From Candidatus Kapaibacterium sp. (GTDB lineage: Bacteria; Bacteroidota; Ignavibacteria; Kapaibacteriales; UBA2268), in contig OY761611.1 in assembly GCA_963664875.1 (NCBI GenBank), positions 416,001 to 480,000 on the forward strand: a stretch of DNA of 64,000 nt, read 5' to 3'. The position numbers and the translations under genes are program-made. The notes beneath the pieces were generated by a model. It was given only the letters and a program-made list of their open reading frames with translations, did no database searches and was not told the origin of the DNA. Shown here piece by piece: positions 52,474 through 61,199 of the stretch (position 1 is its first letter; each line of letters starts with the position of its first letter).

Positions 52474-53216
52474 AATACATAATATACATATTTCTTATAT
52501 ATTTTTGTTTTGTCAATAGCGAAGCCGGTGAAAGACAAAATAACTTTTATGTTGATATTATACTAAATAATCACTTCTTCAACGGAAATTTCAAAAATTT
52601 GGGAGGTTTGCCCGATTGCTGCCCTGATAATAGAACAGGAAACGGGTTTACTCCAAAATTTATTATAGGTACTGATCTCCCGCTCTGGGAAGAGCCATTT
52701 CTGCTGAACTTAGGGTTCAATAGAATTTCAGGTAGAATGAAACATGAAGAAAATACTTTTATCCTGATTAACGATTCTGAAGAACTTGGGAAATTTGAAC
52801 ATAGCATCAATTTTTCCTTTTATTGCTTATCTCTAGAACTTGCTAAAAAGATAAGCTTTTCTGATTTTAGCACGACTATTGGCACAGGTGGGTATTTTCT
52901 AATTCAATCCAATTACGAACAGTCAGAAAAGTTAGTTGCTCCTTTTGAATACGGAGTTTTTAGTAATACAAGAACAAGATTGAGAAATCAATCATCAGGA
53001 GATGTAAGAGATAAAAATGTATTCTTACCATTCATCTTCGTTGATTTAGCATACACATTTATTAGACCAACAGAAAATCAGATGATTAGTTTGAATCCTT
53101 ATATTCATTTTGAATTGTCTCTAACATCTTTACTTAGACAAGAGACTTGGAAATACTATAGTATTGGAGTAGGCATAAAATTTACAATACAAACTAATGT
53201 CGATAAGACTAATTAG
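52470..53216 (+). CDS. Hypothetical outer-membrane beta-barrel protein, paralogous to the N-terminal domain of the OmpA protein
   Basis: Signal peptide, amphipathic beta strands, motifs shared with 5584-7530. Confidence 0.55.
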   Translation: MKYIIYIFLIYFCFVNSEAGERQNNFYVDIILNNHFFNGNFKNLGGLPDCCPDNRTGNGFTPKFIIGTDLPLWEEPFLLNLGFNRISGRMKHEENTFILINDSEELGKFEHSINFSFYCLSLELAKKISFSDFSTTIGTGGYFLIQSNYEQSEKLVAPFEYGVFSNTRTRLRNQSSGDVRDKNVFLPFIFVDLAYTFIRPTENQMISLNPYIHFELSLTSLLRQETWKYYSIGVGIKFTIQTNVDKTN

Positions 53217-53344
53217 TCTTGAAATCGATATTAATTGTTTGCAATTCAAGAATATACATTTTCTTTGTTCATATAAATTAATTATATTTGTAATCTATAC
53301 TATTTACGATTCGTATTATTTATAATAATCGTGGTCTTCAAAAA

Positions 53345-55420
53345 ATGGATTCGAGTTCTGACTCTCTAAAATCTATCTACAAACGTGCATCTCTAAGTGC
53401 AATCAATTTTGTTAACAAAGCTAAAATGACCGAACATCTTTTTATGATCATTTTGGCTATTTTTATAGGTTTACTGACCGGATTCGGTGCGGTAGGAATT
53501 AAGTACCTTATCCACTTAATTTCTGATTTATGCTACTCCGGTGAAGGTAATTTATTAGACAATATTATAAATTCTCCATGGTATATAAAAGTATTGATTC
53601 CTGCACTAGGCGGACTGCTTGTAGGTCCTATTATACTTTGGTTTGCTCCTGAAGCTAAAGGACATGGCGTTCCGGAAGTAATGCAGGCAATCTTACAAAA
53701 AGGTGCTATCATAAGACCTCGAGTAGCAATTGTAAAAGCCTTTACTTCAGCAATTACAATAGGAACCGGAGGTTCCGTTGGTAAAGAAGGTCCAATTATT
53801 CAAATTGGTTCTTCTTTAGGATCTACTGTTGGACAGTTTTTTAATATTCCTTCTTCACGTCTAAAAACATTAGTTGGTTGTGGTGCTGCTTCCGGTATAG
53901 CAGCTGCATTCAATGCTCCGATAGCAGGTGCCATTTTTGCAGTAGAAATTATTTTGCTTGATTTTACTGCTAAACAGCTTTCTCCAATAGTAATAGCATC
54001 AGTGATGGCAACTGTTGTATCTCATACTTTCGAAGGTAATTATCCTGCATTTGTGGTACCATATTACGAATTAAAAAGCTCTTATGAAATCATTTTCTAT
54101 TTCATTTTAGGTGGTCTAAGTGGCATAGTATCTTGGATGTTTATCAAAATACTATACTTTTTCGAGCATATCTGGGAAGAAAAAATAAAAATTCCAAAAT
54201 ATATGAAAGCTACATTAGGTGGTTTGATTGTTGGAACTATTGCTCTTGCATTCCCACAGGTTATGGGTACAGGTTATGAATATATTACTATTGCTCTTAG
54301 CTCAAATGCAGTTTGGACTACCGCATTGTTATTAATCTTTGTTAAAAGCATTGCAACATCTATAACATTAGGTTCTGGTGGCTCAGGTGGAGCTTTTGCA
54401 CCTTCTCTATTCGTGGGTGCTATGTTAGGAGCATTTTTTGGTTTCTTTGTTCATCAGTTCTTCCCTGATGTAACTGCCGATCCCGGTGCTTATGCTTTAG
54501 TTGCAATGGGTGGTCTTGTTGCAGGTACTGTGAGAGCTCCTTTGACAGCTATCATCATCGTTTTTGAACTCACTAAACAAAATAGTATCATTTTGCCTTT
54601 GATGATAGTAGTAACTATTTCAATGATTTTGTCTTCTAAATTGTCTCGTGAATCAATTTACACGCTTACTTTGGTTCTTAGAGGTATCAAAGTAAAAGAT
54701 ACTGCTGATTATAGTATTCTAAGTTCAATTCATGTAAGAGATTTATACGATAAAAACTTCGTTTTTGTCGATGAAAAAATCAATTTTAGTGAAGTTGTTT
54801 ACAATATTATCAGCAAAAAACAACCTTCTTTGGCTGTTCTCTCTCAAAAAGGGGCTTATATTGGTATCATTTCGATAGATAATATAAAAGAATTTATTTT
54901 AGACTCTGATGAATTGAAACATGTTTTAATTGCGGGCGATTTAGCAGACAAAAACGTACCTAAAGTTACATTAGATGATTCTCTGAAAACTGTTTTCGAA
55001 CAATTTTCGAAATGTGATTACGACGGTTTACCAGTTATGTCAGGTAAAGATAGCTCTTTTCTTGCCGGTATGATATGGAGAAAAGATGTTGATGATGCTT
55101 ATCAAAAAGAACTTAGCAGACAGCAACTTACCTCTGATTTGGCAACAAAACTTACATTGAATAATTCTTCTGAAGATGTACACTTTTTGGAAGGATATAT
55201 TATTACTGAAATTGATGTACCAAAAGCTTTCGTTGGCAAAACCATAAAAGATTTGAATATAAGATCTGTTTATGGTGTTGATATTCTTTCAATAAAGAGA
55301 CCTATACAAAACTCAACGGATATAAAAGCCATACCTGAAGCAAATCACAAATTTGCACAAAATGAAAAGATCATTGTTGCCGGTGAAGCGGAAAAAATAA
55401 ATTTAATAAAAACAATTTAG
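53345..55420 (+). CDS. ClC chloride channel/antiporter with CBS pair and C-terminal TrkA-C (RCK-C) domain
   Basis: GHGVPE, GKEGP, FNAPIAG, GGAFAP, SIYT; tail FVGKTIKDLNIRSVYGVDILSIKR. Confidence 0.9.
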   Translation: MDSSSDSLKSIYKRASLSAINFVNKAKMTEHLFMIILAIFIGLLTGFGAVGIKYLIHLISDLCYSGEGNLLDNIINSPWYIKVLIPALGGLLVGPIILWFAPEAKGHGVPEVMQAILQKGAIIRPRVAIVKAFTSAITIGTGGSVGKEGPIIQIGSSLGSTVGQFFNIPSSRLKTLVGCGAASGIAAAFNAPIAGAIFAVEIILLDFTAKQLSPIVIASVMATVVSHTFEGNYPAFVVPYYELKSSYEIIFYFILGGLSGIVSWMFIKILYFFEHIWEEKIKIPKYMKATLGGLIVGTIALAFPQVMGTGYEYITIALSSNAVWTTALLLIFVKSIATSITLGSGGSGGAFAPSLFVGAMLGAFFGFFVHQFFPDVTADPGAYALVAMGGLVAGTVRAPLTAIIIVFELTKQNSIILPLMIVVTISMILSSKLSRESIYTLTLVLRGIKVKDTADYSILSSIHVRDLYDKNFVFVDEKINFSEVVYNIISKKQPSLAVLSQKGAYIGIISIDNIKEFILDSDELKHVLIAGDLADKNVPKVTLDDSLKTVFEQFSKCDYDGLPVMSGKDSSFLAGMIWRKDVDDAYQKELSRQQLTSDLATKLTLNNSSEDVHFLEGYIITEIDVPKAFVGKTIKDLNIRSVYGVDILSIKRPIQNSTDIKAIPEANHKFAQNEKIIVAGEAEKINLIKTI

Positions 55421-55635
55421 GGTTATTGAAATTTCAAAATATTGGAACTACGGACTTTTCAGTCAGTAAGATAACATAGTCAAAGAAACAAATATCTGAC
55501 ATAATTACTACAAATCCATCCTATTCCAAAATAGGATATTATCCTTATTTGCTCTGATTCGCATAGTCTTCCATACTTATCTGACCAAAAAACTCACTTT
55601 TCTTTGAGTATTAGTTAAATATAATAAAAAAAACC

Positions 55636-55683
55636 TTTGACAATTCTTTAGCAATATCTATTTTTGTTCTTAGCTATACCTAA
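55636..55683 (+). promoter_or_regulatory. feoAB promoter (-33 TTTG, 19 nt, -7 TAttTTTG) with two DtxR/MntR-type boxes
   Basis: TTTG 55636-55639; TATTTTTG 55659-55666; TTAG-caatat-CTAT 55648-55661; TTAG-ctatac-CTAA 55670-55683. Confidence 0.7.
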
Positions 55684-55714
55684 TAGGTAAATTCCTAAAA
55701 TATTGGATGATGTG

Positions 55715-55948
55715 ATGACAACTTTATTAGACGCTCCCGACAATATTGTTCTAAAAATAAAAGAAATAATTGCCGGCGATACCGCTAAAATCAAACTTAG
55801 TAATCTGGGTTTGAATATCGGAGATAATGTAATTAAAATTAGAAGCAAAAAGTCAGGTCCCGTTTTATTACATAACGAATCTAATGCTATCTCGAAACTT
55901 GCCATTGGTAAAGGTTTAGCAGAAAAAATCGGTGTAGAGGAAGTATGA
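55715..55948 (+). CDS. feoA: Ferrous iron transport protein A
   Basis: KLSNLGLNIGD, GPV, LAIGKGLAEKI; overlaps feoB start (ATGA). Confidence 0.85.
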   Translation: MTTLLDAPDNIVLKIKEIIAGDTAKIKLSNLGLNIGDNVIKIRSKKSGPVLLHNESNAISKLAIGKGLAEKIGVEEV

Positions 55949-57858
55949 GAGATATAAAAACTATAGCACTCATCGGACAGCCAAATTCCGGCAAAAGTAC
56001 TATTTTCTCTGTTATGTCTGACATCAAGACTTCTGCATCAGGTTCAACTTATGAGCAAAAAAAGTCTTTAATAAATATTTTTGGTGAGAAGTTTAATCTT
56101 GTGGATTTGCCCGGGATTTACTCCTTAAATTCTTCTCAAAATTCTGAAGAGCTCACTTTAGATTACCTTCTAAAAGGGAAAGTAGATTTAATAATAAATG
56201 TTGTAGATGGTACTCTTCTTGCCAGGTCTTTAGAATTGACTGTTGAGCTTCTCGAATTAGGACTTCCTATGATTGTAGCAGTCAATATGGAAGATATATT
56301 TTCCAATTATGGTATCACAATAGATTATAAAAAATTACAAGAGATACTTAATGTCCCTGTAATTCCAACACAAGCTCTTTTTGGTAAAGGCATAAAAAAT
56401 CTTACTGAGCATTGTTATAAAAGAATAAAAGGTAAATCCATTGCTCCCGGTACGCTTGATTACACACATCATTTTGAAATGCATCTCCAAAAGTTGTACC
56501 CGGTAATAGAACCTTTGAAAGAAAAATACAACGCTAAGACACGTTTCTTCGCAATTAAAGCCATAGAAAACCCAAAGGTTTTGCCTCAGGACATCAGAGA
56601 GGCAGTGTCTGATATATCCTCCGGCATCAGACGAGAATTAGAAGAAGAGCATGGAAAGGATACATTTGAAACTGTTTCATACGAGAGGCACCATCTTGCA
56701 ATGAAAATGGCAGAAGATATTTCTGTTATTTCAAATCGGAGATCAAAACCTTTTATAGAAAAAATTGACAATTTGCTTTTACATCCAGTTTTTGGAAACT
56801 TTTTCCTTGTCATCTTTTTCTTTCTTTACTTCTTATCAATTTTTGTTGTTGGTGATTTTCTGGCAGGATTATTAGAATCACCTTTAGAAAATCTTGCAAC
56901 ATATTTTCAAGGTTTGAAGGAAGTGAATGAATTTGCGTGGTTTTCTGTCAATGGAGCCTATCAGGGGCTGATTGGTGTCGTTGGAATCGTATTACCTTAC
57001 TTTCTTCCTTTAGTCTTTCTAACTTCTTTATTTGAAGACACAGGCTATTTGTCCCGAATTGCATTTCTAATTGATGGCTTGATGCATAGAGTAGGTTTGC
57101 ATGGAAAATCTGTAGTATCTTTTATACTTGGGCTGGGTTGTGCTATCCCTGCTATTTATGCAACAAGGATGCTCGAAGACAAAAGAGACAGAGTAATAAG
57201 TGCTATGCTTATCCCATTTGTTCCGTGTTCTGCTAGAATAACAGTAATATTTGCTCTTGCGGCTGCTTTTACCGGACCAATATGGGCAATGGTAATCTTC
57301 CTATATATTTTACTTGTAATAGCGATTGTAGGTAAGGTACTGTCTAAATTTTTGTCTGAACCTACAGGAATGGTTTTAGAAATACCACGCCTAAGAAAAC
57401 CACTACTAAAATCTTCTGCAAAGTCAACCTGGTTAAAAACAAAAGATTTTATAAGAGAAGCTACTATATTTTTAATTGGCGGTGGTGTATTCCTTGGCTG
57501 GGTTGAGTATTTTGGAGTTGCACAGTTTTTAGATGCTGCTTTTGCTCCTATTCTACATGCAATTTTAGGACTACCTGAACAGTTAGGCTCAACTCTTATA
57601 TTTGGCTTTTGGAGAAAAGAATTGATTTTGGTTATGGCAAACCAAGCACTTAACGTATCTACACTTTCAGCTTTACCTCTTACTAATGCACAAGTGATAG
57701 TATTCGTAATTTTTGTTGCATTGTATTTTCCGTGCTTTACAACATTTGTTGTTATTGTTAAAGAATTCAGCTGGAAAATAGCCACTTATTCCGGTATTTT
57801 GGCACTTGCTATTGCCACTATCTCAGCTTTTTTGTTCAAAATAATACTTGGTGCCTAA
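55945..57858 (+). CDS. feoB: FeoB ferrous iron/manganese transporter
   Basis: GQPNSGKS, DLPGIYSL, NMED, EDTGYLSR, GLHGKS, GLGCAIPA, PCSAR, RKEL, LYFPC. Confidence 0.92.
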   Translation: MRDIKTIALIGQPNSGKSTIFSVMSDIKTSASGSTYEQKKSLINIFGEKFNLVDLPGIYSLNSSQNSEELTLDYLLKGKVDLIINVVDGTLLARSLELTVELLELGLPMIVAVNMEDIFSNYGITIDYKKLQEILNVPVIPTQALFGKGIKNLTEHCYKRIKGKSIAPGTLDYTHHFEMHLQKLYPVIEPLKEKYNAKTRFFAIKAIENPKVLPQDIREAVSDISSGIRRELEEEHGKDTFETVSYERHHLAMKMAEDISVISNRRSKPFIEKIDNLLLHPVFGNFFLVIFFFLYFLSIFVVGDFLAGLLESPLENLATYFQGLKEVNEFAWFSVNGAYQGLIGVVGIVLPYFLPLVFLTSLFEDTGYLSRIAFLIDGLMHRVGLHGKSVVSFILGLGCAIPAIYATRMLEDKRDRVISAMLIPFVPCSARITVIFALAAAFTGPIWAMVIFLYILLVIAIVGKVLSKFLSEPTGMVLEIPRLRKPLLKSSAKSTWLKTKDFIREATIFLIGGGVFLGWVEYFGVAQFLDAAFAPILHAILGLPEQLGSTLIFGFWRKELILVMANQALNVSTLSALPLTNAQVIVFVIFVALYFPCFTTFVVIVKEFSWKIATYSGILALAIATISAFLFKIILGA

Positions 57859-57864
57859 AAAACA

Positions 57865-57901
57865 TTTAGATAAGAATAAAATATTTCTTAGTTTATATAA
57901 A
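57865..57901 (+). promoter_or_regulatory. Degenerate tandem DtxR/MntR-type boxes upstream of the regulator
   Basis: TTAG at 57866 and 57888, the same 22-nt spacing as at the feoA promoter; right half-sites are degenerate. Confidence 0.4.
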
Positions 57902-57932
57902 ACATTAATGTACCACTTTTGATTTGTGAATT

Positions 57933-58577
57933 ATGCTAAGTCAAGCCGTACAAGATTATCTGAAGACAATATACAAGTTACAGGAAACGGGGCCTGTATC
58001 AACTACAAAGATTGCAAAAGAATTGAATATATCAGGTGCCTCCGTGACAGGAATGCTAAAACGATTAGCTTCTATGGGAATGGTAGATTATAATTCGTAC
58101 AAAGGTGTCAAACTAACATCTAACGGAGAAAAAATTGCTTTAGAGATTCTAAGGCATCACAGATTGTTAGAGCTTTATCTGAAAGAAATGCTTGGATTCT
58201 CTTTAGAAAAAGTCCACGACGAGGCATGCCGTTTAGAGCATCATATTTCACCTGAGTTTCTCGAAAAAATTGATGATTTACTTGGCAATCCACAATTTGA
58301 CCCACATGGGCATCCAATTCCTCAGCGAGATGGCAATCTTCCAAGTTTGCAAGAAAATGTCCTTCTAGAAATAGATCCCGGTAGAACAGTTACTATATCT
58401 CGTTTAGCCGATAACGATCCGGAAATGCTAGCCTATTTTGAAACGCAGGGGCTTGTTCCTTCAGTAGTGATTCAGGTAATGGAGAAAGCTCCATTCAACG
58501 GACCAATTACTATTAAATTGAACGGTCAAAATAAAATATTAGGCAACGAGGTTGCTAGAAATATATATGTGAAATAG
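57933..58577 (+). CDS. DtxR/MntR-family metal-dependent repressor with C-terminal FeoA domain
   Basis: QDYLKTIY, SVTGMLKRL, RHHRLLELYL, HDEACRLEH, DPHGHPIP. Confidence 0.92.
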   Translation: MLSQAVQDYLKTIYKLQETGPVSTTKIAKELNISGASVTGMLKRLASMGMVDYNSYKGVKLTSNGEKIALEILRHHRLLELYLKEMLGFSLEKVHDEACRLEHHISPEFLEKIDDLLGNPQFDPHGHPIPQRDGNLPSLQENVLLEIDPGRTVTISRLADNDPEMLAYFETQGLVPSVVIQVMEKAPFNGPITIKLNGQNKILGNEVARNIYVK

Positions 58578-58610
58578 CATCACAGCTTTTGTATATTATA
58601 CTTGAATTTA

Positions 58611-58646
58611 TATAAAAGAAGCGAGTCTAATCTCGCTTCTTTTATA
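58611..58646. terminator. Bidirectional terminator
   Basis: TATAAAAGAAGCGAG-TCTAAT-CTCGCTTCTTTTATA. Confidence 0.85.
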
Positions 58647-58820
58647 TAGTGATTTTATGATATTTGATTGATTCCATGATTCATTTCAAGGCAACATTCA
58701 TGTATTTATACTCAGCTCCTTGAGTCTTATTTGATGAATCAAATTCTGTGCTGCATTTTTCTTAGACAAGATATTGGAATTGACTTACAAAAATCAAAAA
58801 AATTACTTAATATCCTTTTT

Positions 58821-59354
58821 TTATTCTTTCTCAGATTCGCAGAGTACTTTAAGTTGTTTCAAACCTTTTTCGTAATCTGCTGCAATCATATCTTCCAGAC
58901 CTAATCCGAGCCATCTGCCAAAGAAGCCGAGGTCAGCCTTCATACCCCAAATTACTTCTGTAGCACTATTTTTGTCATTAAATATGAAATATCCTGTCCC
59001 CCATTGCTGTCCTGCAAATGTAAGTTGTGTTTCAAGATACTTGTTGTCTTCGAATTTCGAAATTTTTAGACTCCCAATCCCAACATTTTCATGCTTACTT
59101 TCCCAATCCATTACGGCTCCTAAACCAGAGCTGCTATTTGAATATTTAACAATCATAGCAGTATCAATTTGATGCCATGGCGACCAATCAGTCCAACGTT
59201 TTAATTCGTTTACTTTAGGAAAAACATGTTCTACATTTTTATTGATTATAATACTTCGATTCATATCGAATTCAGGAGAAAGAAAAAAAGTAGAAACCAA
59301 TAAGATCAAGATTATTCCTATTAAAGCAAGAAATATATACTTTAAAAATTTCAC
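58821..59354 (-). CDS. SRPBCC (START-like) family protein
   Basis: N-terminal TM; RSIIIN, WTDWSPW, TEVIWG, DYEKGLKQLK; GTG start with AGGAG RBS. Confidence 0.85.
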   Translation of the reverse strand: MKFLKYIFLALIGIILILLVSTFFLSPEFDMNRSIIINKNVEHVFPKVNELKRWTDWSPWHQIDTAMIVKYSNSSSGLGAVMDWESKHENVGIGSLKISKFEDNKYLETQLTFAGQQWGTGYFIFNDKNSATEVIWGMKADLGFFGRWLGLGLEDMIAADYEKGLKQLKVLCESEKE

Positions 59355-59372
59355 GTTATACTCCTACAAATA

Positions 59373-59396
59373 AGGGCTATTTATTGTAATAGCCCT
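59373..59396 (-). terminator. Hairpin downstream of the split gene
   Basis: AGGGCTATT-loop-AATAGCCCT. Confidence 0.5.
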
Positions 59397-59426
59397 GAAT
59401 AAAGAAACTGTAAATTAGAAATGTAT

Positions 59427-60988
59427 CTATTCAGCAGCATATACTTTTACTTGATCATTTAGTTCTTGAATCATGTGATCCCATAAAGTAGTATATGGAA
59501 CTATTTCTAATGAATCAAGTATTTCGTTATCCGGCGTATTTTCGACTAATTGTTTATAGTATCTCAATGTAGTCTTACGAATCATGTTAGCTTTGAAATT
59601 ATGTTGAATCATTGTTTGCAACATTCTTAAGAAAGCAAAAGTCCTTCTGTGACCTCTAGTTTAAGAGTATTTCTCTCTAAATAGAAAGCAATTTCACCTT
59701 CCAAATCAAGTATTCGTCTAAACTCGTTATTGGCAAAAAAGTGCATAAATTGAATTACAAGGAAAGAGGTATTGAATTCGAGTCTGTCTTTTTCATAATT
59801 CGGCATATTGTCTAGAATTTCAAGAATTTCAAATTTTTTCTTGAAAGGCTTTGATACCATTCTTTTAGATCTTAATCTTCCCATAGCAGTGAGGACATAA
59901 ATTGCTCCTGCATAAAGTCTCCAATTGTCAAATACTTGTTCTGACATATTTTTGAAGTTGACATTATTCATTACTTCTGTAATTACCATTTCTGCACGTT
60001 TGTATTCCTCGCCGTGTATGAGCAACACAAAAAAGTTTTGCAATACTGCAAACCAAAAATCAGAACCTTCAGGGAACATTTCTATAACATCATCAGCCAA
60101 TTTAATGTTTTCATCGATACTACCTACTCTTCGGAATGCATCTAATTTTGCCTGAGCAAACTCAATGAAGACTTCATGGCTGTACATATCAGGATTGTCT
60201 TTATAGTATTTTTGTATCTCATTACATATTCTGAGTACATTTTCGTAATCATATTTGATTTGATGGAGGTATAGTTGTATTTGGTAATATCTGATTTTAA
60301 GCATGTGAGAATCTGCACCTAACATCAAAGAATCTAATTTCTTGACACTTTTTTCTGTGCGAATCACGAAGGCTTCAGGGTGAACTGTTTTATCAACTTT
60401 ACGATAAAGATCGCAATATAACTCGTTGGCTACAATCTCAGCGTTGTAAATATGTATTTCTTTTCTTACGATTTCGACGTATTCTGAATATTTTAGTTTG
60501 GTTCTTGCTTTGGAAGACATTTGCATCAATATTTTCCCAGCTTCAAGAATAAATTCTGATATTTTATATCGAAGAGCATAATCAAGTACTTTGTCTAAAA
60601 TCTTTACACCGCTCTTCTCAGCTTTTTTTTCTATAAGTGTTCTTCCTACTTCTAAATCTCTCTTTAACTGGTAGTAGTTTTCCTCATAAGGACTAACCCA
60701 TGGTTGCTTTTTTTCTAAAAGAAGTACTGTTTCCAAAAGCTTTTCTTTTAGGCGAGACTTGAGCATCTGATATTTCTTTTCAGATGCATCTGAATTATAC
60801 AAATCGTAAGCAGCATCTTCGTCTGAGGCATATTTGTGTTCTTTTATGCCTTCATAGAAGCTATGCATCATTGTATCGCCGCCCTCTTGTAAGTCTTCGG
60901 GAATACCTTCGAGTCTTTTTTGTCGCTTAGCATTTACTATCTTGACAATTTCAATAAGTTCTTTCACGGTAATATTCCTTTTAATCAT
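59427..60988 (-). pseudogene. ~520-aa alpha-helical hypothetical protein split by a 1-nt frameshift near 59660 (pseudogene or assembly error)
   Basis: Adding one A to CTTAAACTAGA (minus strand) joins the 453-aa ORF to the 65-aa ORF as ...LKTRGHRRTFAFLRMLQTM...EIVPYTTLW. Confidence 0.6.
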
Positions 60989-61199
60989 ACAATAAATACT
61001 TTTTTGAATTTAAGAATATTTAATCTAAAATCAAAATATTTTTTTCTTATCGTAACTATATGATATATAAGGAATAAGGATACTGCATTTACCTTGGAGT
61101 ACACAATACCGCAAATATTTTCAAATTTAACTATGTTTGTTTTGGAATCAAAACTACATAATGAAATATATTAATCAATATAAAAGTGTAGAAAACAGA

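Noticed and set aside
53217-53344. Fluoride riboswitch / ClC-F exporter
   Set aside because: No crcB-motif sequence upstream, and the protein lacks the GNNLI/GREGT/GEVTP signatures.
58647-58820. Possible sRNA between the metal regulator terminator and the SRPBCC gene
   Set aside because: Only weak AT-rich inverted repeats and no promoter motif; likely the SRPBCC 3' UTR.
59650-59675. Programmed -1 frameshift at CTTAAAC
   Set aside because: Not an in-phase X XXY YYZ heptamer; the -1 frame has TAA at the slip position and there is no long homopolymer. An indel is more parsimonious.
768-60155. Numerous 60-209 aa ORFs antisense to or nested in long genes (e.g. 9201-9569, 29164-29550, 48597-49034, 57156-57785)
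   Set aside because: Shadow frames of well-supported genes with no recognisable motifs.
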